Shown one piece after another: positions 10,405-22,152 of a stretch of DNA of 43,293 nt (the stretch's first letter is position 1; each line of letters opens with the position of its first letter). The notes beneath the pieces are model-generated. The model had not been told where the DNA came from. It saw nothing but the letters and a program-made list of their open reading frames with translations, and searched no databases. The translations under genes and the position numbers were made by a program. Source of the stretch: an uncultured Candidatus Peribacteria bacterium (GTDB lineage Bacteria > Patescibacteriota > Gracilibacteria > BD1-5 > UBA6164); the NCBI GenBank assembly GCA_964522625.1, contig CAZFWS010000001.1:1-43293 (forward strand), read 5' to 3'.

Positions 10405-11468
10405 AAATATTTCATGGAATAATAGGAGGAGCAATATTTGTATTACTCTCCTATTTTTTCGGGGAAGAATATATTGAGCACCAGCAACAAGAAATACAAA
10501 AACAAGCATCTCAAGAACAACTCCAACAATCACTCGATAACTTTTCTCTCTCACAGATAGAAAGTATTTCAGATATTTCTCTGATCACGACCCCAAATCT
10601 CACCTGGTTAGATGATATAGTATGATTGATAGATACAGCAGAACAAGAAATTTTTATAGAAGTCTATCTACTCACCGAAAAACGTATTCCACAAGCACTG
10701 ATACGTGCACAAAAAAGATGAATCGATATAAAAATTCTTCTCGAAAAAAATCCATACAAGGCCTATAATATCAATAACAAAAATTATAATCTCCTCAAAG
10801 AGGCTGGTATAGATGTCTTATGGTCAAATCCAGAAAACTATAGTCTCAATCATACTAAATTACTCCTGATTGATGGTATAGGTATTGTATCTACTGGGAA
10901 TTTATCCTACTCTACATTTTCAAAAAATAGAGATCTGTTTTTAATGTTCGATGACCCTGACCTCTATCACCTCATCCGAGAGATCTTTTTAGCAGATTTT
11001 GCATGAAATACCAGTATCCCCTATCATCCGAATATTTTGGTATCTCCGGATTCTTCACGTCATAAAATACAGACTCTTATACACCATGCCAGCGACTCTA
11101 TCGATATATATATGCAATATTTACAGGATGATCAAATCGAAAATCTGTTGATACAGCGAGCATCAGAATGAATACAAATATCAGCAGTTCTCCCAAAAAG
11201 TTATTTCGATAATAAAAAAAATACTTCTCAGATCACTCGACTCTCCCAAGCATGAATACAGCTCTCCCAACTCAGTGATGCATCCATGCATGCAAAAGCT
11301 ATTTTAGTCGATCAAACATATCTCTACATTTGAAGTATAAATATGTCACATTATTCGTTTGATCATAACAGAGAAATCTGAATTTTATTAGGTGATTCTC
11401 ACATTATACAATCATTTTTACAGCAGTATAGCCAGGACCTAAAAAGAGGTTTACAAAAACAAAAATAA
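10377..11468 (+). CDS. phospholipase D / cardiolipin synthase-like protein (two HKD motifs), N-terminal TM
   Basis: HKD 1 is NHTKLLLIDGIGIVSTGN and HKD 2 is MHAKAILVDQTYLYIGSINMS. Track ORF 10377-10625 extends through TGAs to TAA 11466-11468. It overlaps the dnaJ 3' end by 28 nt, so the start is uncertain. Confidence 0.8.
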
Positions 11469-11515
11469 GGATAATATGGCTCTATATTAATAGATACTCT
11501 CGTTAGAAAAACACT

Positions 11516-14296
11516 ATGAAAAATCTGCCTCTAAAAATATTTTTTTGAATGCTTGCAGCATTTATATGAGTCTTTTTAATATTGCTGAGTTTTTTTTCAT
11601 CAAATCCAGATCAACATGAGAGCATGAGCTATACCCTGGAACATAATGATAGCCCGCTGAAATATATTTTTCAATGAGAAAAAAAACATATTACTCAAAC
11701 TTCTTTTGCCCGGTTGAATACTATTTATTCTACACAAACAGATATTCAGATACAACCAGATAATAATCATACTCAAATACATATATGACATGGAACCCAT
11801 GTGTTTGAAATTCACGAAATCAATACCAACTATAGTATTCATACACCGTATATATCTTTTATAGCTCATACTCCGGGTATTTTTGTCATTCATGCCCCAC
11901 ATGATGAATTCATATCTGTTGGATCACTTTCATCTGTACTCGATATTGAGCTCACTGATACAGAAAAAAATGTTCTGAATCAAATCACTCTTTATCCCCA
12001 TATGTACTTTCGATGAAACCCGAAAAGAGGAGCATTAGTAAGAGATGGTGATATTACACGAGTACAACAGGTCTTTCAGTTGTGATATACAGGATATAAT
12101 AGTCTGGATCCTGAGTCGATATTATCATCCCTCCTATGAGAAGACAATGAGGGATTAGCCATGATATCTATTGTCATGAAGCGTATTCAAAATACATACC
12201 AAGAAGCCGCTAAAAAAATGAGACTTCAGACAGATACTTTTTCATTTCCATGAGAAGATAGGTTAAAAAAATATATGAGTTTATTTATCAATGAAGAAAA
12301 AAAACTTATATATTATCAACATAGTATACGGTCGGATATTCTCAACCTATTTACGCAACCAGAGAAAAAAAACGTGCTCATATGATCTATCATTGATACG
12401 CTTGATAAAATTGGGAAAATACATCATTCTCATGCAGATGAAATAAAAGACATGGTTGCATACTATTATTACTATGCCCTCGTTATTAATAATGATGTTG
12501 ATATCAAAATATCATTCTCAGAGCTTATGCATCGGCTCACCTCGAATGGAAAAGCATTTATTATACCATATAGCTCTTCTTTATTTGTAGAAAATATATT
12601 TTTTAATCAATATTTTGGGAACGGTGCTCATATATTTACAAAAATTCCAAATTTTACTCAAAAATATATTCATGATACATCAAAGAGTGCCTCTTATGAT
12701 AGTCGACTCCCCTATACTCTATATTTTTTAGAGCAAGTCATCACAGACAAATCTTCTTATAAAGATATTCCTCTTCCTCTTTTTATTGAGCTCCTTGAAA
12801 ATTATCAATCTATCGCTGCAAAATGGTATCAAAATACAAATAGTAAGATTACTCTAGAAGCACTCTTTATTAACGAAACTCTTTTAGAGAAGATATCCTA
12901 CATCTTAAGAAAACACGGATTTCAGGATGAGCGAAATCAAAATGGTCTCCTCGAAAGATGAACAGAAAATATTAGCCCCTACCACATTGCAGATATTCAA
13001 CAAATTATCTGAGTATTTTTTAACTTTTTTAACGAACATAAATGACTCCTGTCTGCATCACAGAATAAAACACAGGATATAGCAGCAGCCTATCAATCAC
13101 AGCAAAGTATACTCAATGAAATGCTGCTCGCGCTCAGTGATCATGAATCATATATTACGCAATATGATATTACAAAACAACAGCTCCTCCAGGAATATAA
13201 TATCAAAAATAGTCAGGAAGAATACAATTTTTCGATCAATAATGCCCTCAGGTATTTACGACAATTTACTGGTCTTTCAGGATGAGCGCAAAACGTCAGT
13301 ATTCGTGGATATAATTTTTGCCAGGATCCCAATCAATCAAGCATAGACCAAGATCAAGACATACAAGCATATTGTTATCAAATCAATAATATAACTATGG
13401 GGAAGAAAAAAATATCTTTTTTACTCTTTCCTCATGAAAAAAATAAAATTGCATTTATTAAAATTCAAGAAAAAGAAAATACAAAAACTCTGAATGGAAC
13501 ATATAAACTCGATAATATCAAAATAGAATACGATGAAAAATATGCCTTTGCAGATGAAGAAGATAAATTCAAATTTGATTTCTATAATTTTTTTCTCACT
13601 ACTTTTTCAGACAACAATATAGTTGAAGAAGTAAAAGTTTTTATTGATAACGAACCATCCTTAGAAGAAGATAAATTTGCCCGAGCATTCAAAAATTCAA
13701 AGCTATTTGGACCAGAATGAGATTTTACACAAATTGCTGATGTGGTACATATCGCATATAATAACGTTATTCTCGAGAAAGATCTCCAAAATTCCAGTTA
13801 TAGAGCAAAAATCATAGCATCGGATATCAAACAGCTCTCTCAAAAGACAAGTACTCCTCAGATCAGATGAGAACTCATAGCGAACTACCATTTTATACCC
13901 AATAAATCTTTTCAAGATATTGTAATTCGTTTGTATACTGATGCACAAAAAGGTGCAAAAATATATTTACTTTCATGAAATAATATATATCTTGAAGGAG
14001 ATATAAATATTGATAACTTAGAAACGGTGCTGGCAGGACTATTTAATCAGCTCACTCGGCTCCGAGAAATACATACTACCATTATTGCAAAGAGTGGTGT
14101 ATCAGCAGATAATATTAGCTATACATATATAGCCTCTGATGATTCTGTGAAAATAAATTTTCCACACCAAAATATATCAGCCCAGATACTCCTGAATAAA
14201 AATGGTATCAGTCTTTGGTATAATAAGAGAAGAATGTTAGACAGTACTCAAAGTATTATCAGTCTCGGAAATATTTTACAAACTAAGCTCCCTTAA
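11516..14296 (+). CDS. large hypothetical membrane-anchored protein (926 aa)
   Basis: One frame stays open to TAA/TAG for 926 codons in AT-rich DNA. It joins track ORFs 11801, 12452, 13397 and 14027 (same frame) through TGAs. The N-terminal hydrophobic segment is MKNLPLKIFFGMLAAFIGVFLILLSFF. No domain recognised. Confidence 0.75.
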
Positions 14297-14299
14297 AAA

Positions 14300-14536
14300 A
14301 TGTATAAAAAAAGAAAAAATATAGTAGCAAAAATAGTAGCAGGACTTGCGCTACTCTGAATTATAGCTGGAATTATTGGAACCGGAATATTAGTACTTTT
14401 TAGTGGAGGAGTGGAAGAAAATACTGAAACCCTCTCCCAGGAACAAATTGACCAATTAATACAAGATTATGAAGCTACTCAGTCTGGAGAGACTCTTTCT
14501 GGAAGCAATCTTATTATTGATAGTATTAGTGAATAA
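14300..14536 (+). CDS. small single-pass membrane protein
   Basis: MYKKRKNIVAKIVAGLALLGIIAGIIGTGILVLFSGG.. is 78 aa and starts 4 nt after the preceding stop. It contains one TGA=Gly. Confidence 0.55.
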
Positions 14537-14553
14537 TTATTCTTACACAACAT

Positions 14554-16200
14554 ATGCATTTAAACATTAAAATTACTGGTCCAGCAGGTCTGGGGATGAA
14601 CTCTACAGCAGATATTATATCGCATATTTTTGCAGATATGGGATATCTCGTATCGGGTGATAACGAATATCAATCACTGATTAAATGAGGACTCAATTGG
14701 TTTGACCTTAACATCAGTGATACGGCTATGACACTTGAAAAAGCAACCGATATCATCATTGCCTTTAATGATAAAAATCTGGAAAATACGCTCCCTGTTC
14801 TCAAGGACTGAGGATATGTTATCGTCAATAAAAAATTCTCAGATAAACTCACTGGACTCGAAAAATATAATGTACTTGATCTGGAAATCCAGGATAAATA
14901 TGACAATACGTATTTACTCTGAATGTTAGCAAAATTACTCTGATTTCAAGAATCTCTGATGCTCGATAAAATCGAACATGTTTTTGCACGAAAATGAGCA
15001 GATGTTGTAAAAAAGAATCAAGATATTGTATCAAATATCTACGCAACCTATGAGCTTCCACATACTTCACCCTATAGTATCAAATCCGTTGGACCAGCTA
15101 GAAAAATAAGCTACGGAAACAAGGCTCTGGCATGGTGAGCCATCGAATCAGACCTAGAATACTACGCAGCCTACCCTATGACTCCTGCCAGCACCATTCT
15201 ATCAGAAGTCGTCAACTCTAAAAAGATCACTTATCTACAAGCAGAAGACGAGATCTCAGTCATAAACTCAGCCCTCTGAGCCAGCTATACCGGTGCCAGA
15301 AGTATGGTCGGAACCAGTGGTGGATGATTTGCCCTGATGAGCGAAGCACTCAGCTTTGCTGTACAAGCTGAAATTCCAGTCGTAGCCGTTCTGTCACAAC
15401 GAGCCGGACCAAGCACGGGTACTCCAACATTTCATGAACAAGGAGACCTGCACTATGCACTCAACCCAACCTTTGGTGATTTTGAACATATTGTACTCTA
15501 TCCTTCTACACTTGAAGAAGCCTATTATATGAGTGGTCAGGCACTGAATCTAGCAGATAAATATCAAAATCCTGTTATTTTACTTATGGATAAACAATCG
15601 AGTGAATTTCATGGAACTATTCTGGATGAAACTCCTTGTGAAGTAAATAGAGGAAAAATGATCGATACTCCTGCAGAGGATTATAAACGATACGAACTTA
15701 CCGATGATGGAATATCTCCTCGAGTGAAAGTAGGAACAAAAAATGGTGATTTTATCGCAACATCCTACGAACATGATGAGTATGGTGCTACCACTGAAGA
15801 ATCATCGATGCGCATGGCTATGACAGAGAAAAAATTCAAAAAACTTGAAAATTTCTTTGAAAAAGAATGAATTTCAGGATATGAAGTTATCAATCCAACA
15901 GCAAAGAAAATGCTTCTTACAACGAGTTTCACTTCGTACAATGCAAAAGAATTTATCAAAAACAACCCAGAATTTGGTCTGATTCTTGTTAAATTCCTCA
16001 AACCACTCGATCACAGATTAATAGATGATCTCAAATGAGTCGAAGAGCTTATTTTCCTCGAAAGCAACTACTCTGGTCAACTCGAAAACTATATGACCAA
16101 AGAGTTAGGGTTGAAACATATTTCAGGGTTAAAAATATCTCACAAGAGAAAATATGACCTCTATCCATTCTATATGGAAGACTTAGAAGAATTAAAGTAA
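14554..16200 (+). CDS. korA: 2-oxoacid:ferredoxin oxidoreductase, fused gamma-alpha subunit
   Basis: 548 aa. The gamma-like N-terminus is MHLNIKITGPAGLGMNSTADII, and the alpha core has YAAYPMTPASTI and GTSGGGFALMSEALSFA..EIPVV. The frame was verified codon by codon across about 12 TGAs. Confidence 0.9.
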
Positions 16201-16288
16201 CCCATCCCCTCTCCACTCCGTTACGAGGGACTTCCCTTAAAAAGGGAAGAATATTATTTGAAAATCAATTATTTTATAAGAAATAAAC

Positions 16289-16891
16289 ATGCGAAGCTGA
16301 TTAACAAACATACAATGGTGTCCTGGGTGTGGTGATACACTCATTATTATGGCACTCAAAAACGCGTTTAAAGAGCTCGAAATAGAGTCACATAAACGAG
16401 TGGTGGTTTCGGGTGTTGGATGTAGTGGAAAAGCCAGTCAATATGTGGATGGATATGCGGCTGAAACCCTCCATGGTCGAGCGCTTCCCTTTGCAACAGG
16501 TATCAAGCTCGCTCAACCAGATATGAAAGTAGTGATTATGTGAGGTGATGGTGATGGCTACGGAATAGGAATGGGGCACTTCATACACTCATGTCGACGA
16601 AATCTCGATATGGTCTACCTGGTATTCAACAATGAAAACTATGCCCTCACCACAGGACAAGCCAGTCCTACGACCCCTATCGGAGCCAAAACAAAAACAA
16701 CTCCCGATGGAAACACCGTAGAGCCGTTTAATCCTCTCGAGATTGCTACAAAAGCTGGATGTCATTTTGTTCGAAAAGCAGACTCTATCAAGTTCCAAGA
16801 ACTCAAAGATATTATCAAAGAAGCGATTGAATTCCCAGGGTTTGCTCTGGTTGATATCCATCAAGCGTGTCCGAGTTTTAAGAGGTGGTAG
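16289..16891 (+). CDS. korB: 2-oxoacid:ferredoxin oxidoreductase beta (TPP-binding) subunit, short form
   Basis: The motifs are WCPGCGD, GVGCSGK, the TPP motif GGDGDGYGIG..NNENYALT, and ..QACPSFKRW followed by TAG 16889-16891. It is only 200 aa. Confidence 0.9.
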
Positions 16892-16908
16892 GGGAGAAAC
16901 ATAAATAA

Positions 16909-17124
16909 TTATTTAAACTGTGCTAACCCATACATAATTAGTAGTGTTCAAGGAATACTTATAATATAGGGATAAGTAAGAACTTTAGGTGCAAATATTA
17001 ACAATCAAATACCAATAAAAATAGTACCGAAACAAAATACTATCCATGATAAAAGCACTATAATTGCTAATATCCAAATCACTACTCCTCAAATTATTGA
17101 AGATATACCTATTAATATTTTCAT
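16909..17124 (-). CDS. small hydrophobic membrane protein
   Basis: MKILIGISSIIGGVVIWILAIIVLLSWIVFCFGTIFIGIGLLIFAPK.. is 71 aa with 4 TGA=Gly. No homology recognised. Confidence 0.45.
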
Positions 17125-17154
17125 ACTTAAGTTTTTAAGGGCTAATATAAATAA

Positions 17155-17439
17155 CTACCGATACCGCAACCGAACATCCTCTAATGGTATCCCCATCCTT
17201 TCTAACTTCGTCAGAAAGGATTTTTTTATGTCTGCTTCGAGTAGCACGATCTCGGCATTTACAATTGGCTTTTCTGTTACTATGGTGATAGAGTGCATGG
17301 TATATTTGAGTGATAGAATCTGATCAGATATATCTATGTTCTTTTGCTGTTTAAAAACCTCGATAATCGTGTTTTTGAGTACCGAGGTGATAACAACACC
17401 TTGCCTATTGGTTCGTTTTAATGATGCTCAGAGATCCAT
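17155..17439 (-). CDS. DUF721/DciA-like small protein
   Basis: 94 aa: MDLGASLKRTNRQG..LSLKYTMHSITIVTEKPIVNAEIVLLEADIKKSFLTKLERMGIPLEDVRLRYR. The pattern (strand, 'all-in-one' segment ..a.El....i...l......i..i.fr) resembles DUF721. Tentative. Confidence 0.5.
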
Positions 17440-17518
17440 AAAAGATAATAAATACAACTATTATTTTTTTCCTCTTTCATAAAGGGGAAATGTCCGAAGG
17501 ACAAAGGGGATTATTTTT

Positions 17519-18181
17519 TTAAAATAATATCACAAATTCTCATTTTATTTTTCCTGGGTTTTGGTCAAAATATGCAGATACCTCGGCTATACTCCCCCGT
17601 CTAAATTCTTCAAATTTTTTGGTGAGTTCTCGTCCCACGACTATGTGATGATCTGCTCAAAAATACTTTTCTAGATCTGAGAGTGTTCTTTGAAGTCGGT
17701 GAACCGATTCATAGATAATAGCCGTTTGTTCTTTGTTTTGCAGTTTTTCAAACAGAGTCTTTCGTCATTTTTTAACCGGAAGAAATCCCAGATAGAGAAA
17801 GTGATGAGACTGCATACCAGAGGCTGAAAGTGCGGTCACAGCTGCCGTGACTCCTGGAATAGGAACAATTTCGATTTCATGACTCACTGCTTCACGAATC
17901 AGCACATAGCCTGGATCAGATATCCCTGGAGTTCCTGCATCACTAATCAGGGCAATATTTTTTCCAGACTTAAGTTCGGTAATGATTTTATCAATTTTGG
18001 TTTGACCAGAATGAGAATGAAAACTCACGAGAGGTTTATCGATATCATAATGATTCAATAACACTCGACTCGTACGAGTATCCTCACACGCTATAGCATC
18101 TACTTCATCACGCAAAATACGAACTCAGCGATAGGTCATATCTTCTAAGTTTCCAATAGGGGTCGCAACAATATAGAGCAT
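17519..18181 (-). CDS. rsmI: 16S rRNA (cytidine1402-2'-O)-methyltransferase
   Basis: The motifs are [40 protein letters not shown], and the C-terminal KGEFVILF. 220 aa. Its ATG overlaps the upstream gene's stop (TAATG at 18179-18183). Confidence 0.93.
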
Positions 18182-18642
18182 TATGAGTTTATTTTATGAA
18201 TAAAGTCTTTCATTTTTTCTTTGAGTGTTTTAATTTCTACTTCCATATTTCCCAAAATTTTATCATTTTCACGCTTTAAAGTAGTGATATTTTTTTGATG
18301 CTGCGAATCCATTTTTTCTAAAATAGTCTCGAATTTTGTTTCTATGGCTGCTATAATTTTGGGTTGTTGATCATGAAGTTCTGCTTTGAGACTATCAATC
18401 GTATGATGTTGTTTGTTACTCTGATACGCTGAAAATAACCCCGAAAAACGGAATACACTCCACAGCATTAAACAATACAGAGTAAAAAATATCACACTGA
18501 TCAATAACAATGGAGCCTCAGTCGAATATATCCAAGCAATATGAATTTGATTCGTTTGTAACAGTACATCATAATTTCATAACAAAATCATCAAATATAC
18601 TAACAATGGAAGAAGCATAAAAAACGACAAGGCCTTTCTCAT
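18181..18642 (-). CDS. hypothetical membrane / coiled-coil protein
   Basis: 153 aa from ATG 18642. It has two hydrophobic segments followed by a charged helical tail, and is translationally coupled to rsmI. Confidence 0.6.
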
Positions 18643-18674
18643 ATATAGATGTATAAAAAAATATAATACCTCTA

Positions 18675-19388
18675 TTATATTACTTCTGCTGTTTGAATCA
18701 ACTTATAAAAAATACAATTTTTATTTTCTAGGTTTCCTACAAGAAATTGTCGTGTTGTTTCTATATCTGATACAGAAATTGCCCCGGTATGACGTTTGGA
18801 TCAAAAAATTCCTGTATTCACGAGTTGTTCATAACTATCATACCATTCATCACTCAAAAGTGTTTTCTGAAGATCAGTATATGTCTCTAGATATACATCA
18901 AAATACTGTGCATATTCTCACGATAATTCGTTATTTTTAATATCTGAAAGCAGGTGATATAATCGTCCCGTAGAAAGCGTATATCATTTTTGAACCACTT
19001 GAAATAAAGATTTTTCCAATGGATGATTTTTTGGTGATATGAGAACATTCTGCTTTAAAACAAAACTACGATATCATGAAATGATATATCTCTCTATTAA
19101 AATATCCAGTGCTTTTTGATATAAAATAGCCACTGATATCCCATCAAAATGATCTAAATCTCGTAACACTTGATACACTATTTCAGCAGAAATAGTGTGC
19201 TGTATACATGATTCTGGTAAAGTATGTGTGATATCTGCTTGAAAAAAATGAGAAACTTTTTGTGCTATTTTAGTATCCGAAGCAATATTTTTTTCTGCTT
19301 CATTCACCTGTGATTGCATCCATTTCTGAGCTGTTTTGAGTTGCTTTTTGAGCTGAGTATTTTGTTGTTGTAGTGATGTTTCAGACAT
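18675..19388 (-). CDS. hypothetical protein (237 aa)
   Basis: Track ORF 19074-19388 continues through 4 TGAs to TAA 18675-18677. The N-terminus is coiled-coil (MSETSLQQQNTQLKKQLKTAQKW). No domain recognised. Confidence 0.6.
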
Positions 19389-19602
19389 AAAAAAAGAAGA
19401 GTTACTATTATATTTAGTATATCACTTCTTTGTTTGAAAGTCGAAAAATAGGCATAAAAATAAGACATACAGCAGTAGAAAGATAAAAGGAGGAAACTCT
19501 CTACCGACATATGCCTCACATATATAATACACCATAGCGAGTTAATTTGCAAATTTTTTTATTATTTTTATACTTTCTACCTATATAGTCAATGAATTAC
19601 CT

Positions 19603-20601
19603 ATGTATATAGTCAACCTCTCTCAAGATAAGAATAAAATAAATTCATATCTCTCTACTACTCTGATCTCCCATATAGATCAAACTTTATTGAGGTGAGA
19701 AAAAATCTTACTCTATATGAACAAACGTTGAGAGTATAGCTCTCTCATCTGTGAATCATGTCAGCATATACATAAGTGTCCGAGTTGCGATGTGTCTCTC
19801 AGTGTTCATAATAGACCAGATCGGCTCGTATGTCATATTTGTGACACTACCTACCCTATACCACATACCTGTGGATCATGTCATAAAACAACACTCAAAA
19901 AAGTATGAGTCGGAACACAGCAAATAGAATCAACACTCAGAAATCAGTATCCTAATGCAAACATATGTCGTTTTGATACCGATACTATCAAAAATAAATC
20001 AGAAAAAATAAAAGCATTTGAACTGCTCCAAACTGCAGATATCATTATTGGAACAAAAATGATCACCACCGGTTTTAATATACCCAAACTCGGTCTCATT
20101 TGAGTAATTTTACTCGAACAAGAGCTCCAGATTCCAGCATATAATACCCATGAACAGGTCTATTCAAATATCACTCAACTTCTTGGACGATGAGGTCGAG
20201 TCGATCAAAAAACAGAAATTATCCTGCAAACTTTTATCCCAAATAATCCGATGATCCAGGCTATTACTCAAAATAATTACAAAGACTTTTTTACCAGCAC
20301 CCTCACCGAAAGAAAGATGTTTCACTACCCTCCATTTTGTGAAATGGTCACTCTCGTATATCGTCATAGTAACCAGGAAAAATCAAAAGCATTTCTCGAA
20401 AAAATTCATACTAAAATCTCGAAAGAACAAAAAGATAACGAAAATCAGATTTCTATCAGTAACATCTGAAGCGGAATAAAAAAACAAAACCAGTATTTTT
20501 ATAGTTGTATCATCAAAGGACATAATCTCCATGACTTTCTACAAACCATTAAACCAGAGATATATAGAAACAGTGGACTGCAGGTAGTATGGAGTAGTTA
20601 G
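19603..20601 (+). CDS. priA: primosomal protein N' (PriA), C-terminal half only
   Basis: 332 aa. It has LLYMNKRGEYSSLIC, a Cys-rich Zn region (CESCQHIHKCPSCDVSLSVH..LVCHICD..CGSC), GVGTQQIES, the helicase-C motifs IGTKMITTGFNIP and GRGGR, and FHYPPF. The frame is closed by TAA 19543-19545, so no lobe-1 / Walker A part lies upstream. Confidence 0.8.
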
Positions 20602-20604
20602 TAA

Positions 20605-20639
20605 AACACCCCTATTGTAATTTTTACAATAAGGGTGTT
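20605..20639. terminator. stem-loop after priA fragment
   Basis: aacacccCtattgtaa-ttt-ttacaataAgggtgtt forms a 16-bp stem with one mismatch. It starts 4 nt after the TAG. Confidence 0.6.
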
Positions 20640-20830
20640 AGTCTGTAATATATATTTCAAAACTGAAGCAATGACTCATTAAAATAATTATAAATTATTC
20701 TATATAAGATAATCGACAGAAAGAAAAAATTCAATATTAATATAATTCGTACACTGGTGGGAAGTTCTTTTTTTCGAATAAAAAGACTTCTTGTGTGTTT
20801 TCCGAAAGGTCCTTTTATAATTTTACTCAT
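20624..20830 (-). CDS. possible small tail-anchored membrane protein (68 aa)
   Basis: MSKIIKGPFGKHTRSLFIRKKELPTSVRIILILNFFFLSIILYRIIY.. has one TGA. No homology recognised, and it overlaps the hairpin. Weak call. Confidence 0.3.
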
Positions 20831-21010
20831 TCATATTTTCCTCTAGAAGTAATGACAGAATAATTATATTTATATCAAAAATATGTCAATATCATTATCA
20901 TGCCTTCCAAAAAGTTTTTAACACAAAACACTTTCTTATCCTTGATTTTTAGCACGATATGCGTACAAATATATACAATCTATTCTTTGTACAAATATAA
21001 CCGTTCACTC

Positions 21011-22141
21011 ATGAAATTTTCTATTAAAACTTCGGTATTTAAAAAATGACTCGATATTGTAAATAACGCAACAGCACAGGTAACCACGACTCCGATTTTA
21101 GAAAACATTTTAATGAAGGTAGAAAAAAATCATATGATCCTCACGGCAAACAACCTGGAAACAGCTATTGAGTACACTATTTCTGATGAAATAGATATCA
21201 GCTCTGAAGGATCTTTTTGTGTTCCATCAAAACTCTTTAGTAGTTATATCGCACTGCTGAGCGATGATACGATTAGCGTAGAACTCATCGAAAATGATAG
21301 TGTTAAAATCAGTACTGGAAGTGGAAAGCTCAAAGTAAAATGACTCCCTGCTAGTGATTTTCCACTCATACCAAATATCAAAGAAGAAACACACTTTACA
21401 CTCGATGGATCAACACTTCGCACCTCTATTGATAAAACATTGTTCTCTGCAGCAGAAGGAAATATTCGACCAACTCTTGCTGGTATTCTCATCAATATCA
21501 ATGAGAATACCGTAACATTTGCTTCAACAGATAGCTTTCGACTCTCTGAATACCAAACCACCGTTGGAGGAAACGATATCTCTGAATTTAATCAAATTAT
21601 TCCCAGTAAAACAACAACTCAGCTCAAAAGTATTATATCAGACATAGATAGTGTTACGGTGATTACCGGTGAAAATCAGATTGCCTTTACTACAGGAAAT
21701 ACTAAAATATTCTCACGACTCCTCAATGGAAAATTCCCAGACTATTCAAACTTTTTTCCAACTACCTTTTCTACTAAAGCAGAAATCAATAAAACTGATC
21801 TCATACAAGCACTCAAAAAAATAAATTTGATCTCACGAGAAAATAATTATTCGATTAAAATGAGCCTCTCTTCTGAAAAAGGAATCCTCCTAGAAACCTC
21901 TGAAACACAAATCGGAGAATGAGACGTAACGCTCGCTGGAGTAGTAGAATGAGATGATAATGAAGTATGAATGAATTCAACATACTTTTTGCAAGTACTC
22001 GAGGTCATTGGAACAACGCATGTTGCTATACAATTTGAATCACCACTCTCTCCTATTCTCATTACACCACTTGCTGATCCAGATAAAGCATCTACTTCAT
22101 CAGAAAAATTTCAACATATTATCATGCCATTAAAAATATAA
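21011..22141 (+). CDS. dnaN: DNA polymerase III beta subunit (sliding clamp)
   Basis: 376 aa. The motifs are MKFSIKTSVFKKGLDIVNNA..TPILENILMKVE, ..RPTLAGILINI..VTFASTDSFRLSE, ..FSRLLNGKFPDYSNFFP and ..IIMPLKI. Track ORFs 21113 and 21440 share the frame and are joined by TGAs. Confidence 0.95.
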
Positions 22142-22152
22142 TACCTGCCTCT

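Noticed and set aside
20640-21010. A chromosomal origin (oriC) upstream of dnaN.
   Set aside because: dnaA is not adjacent, and I see only isolated imperfect DnaA-box-like 9-mers rather than a cluster. Other single near-matches (e.g. TTATCCACT at 31673-31681) are scattered. This cannot be decided without skew analysis.
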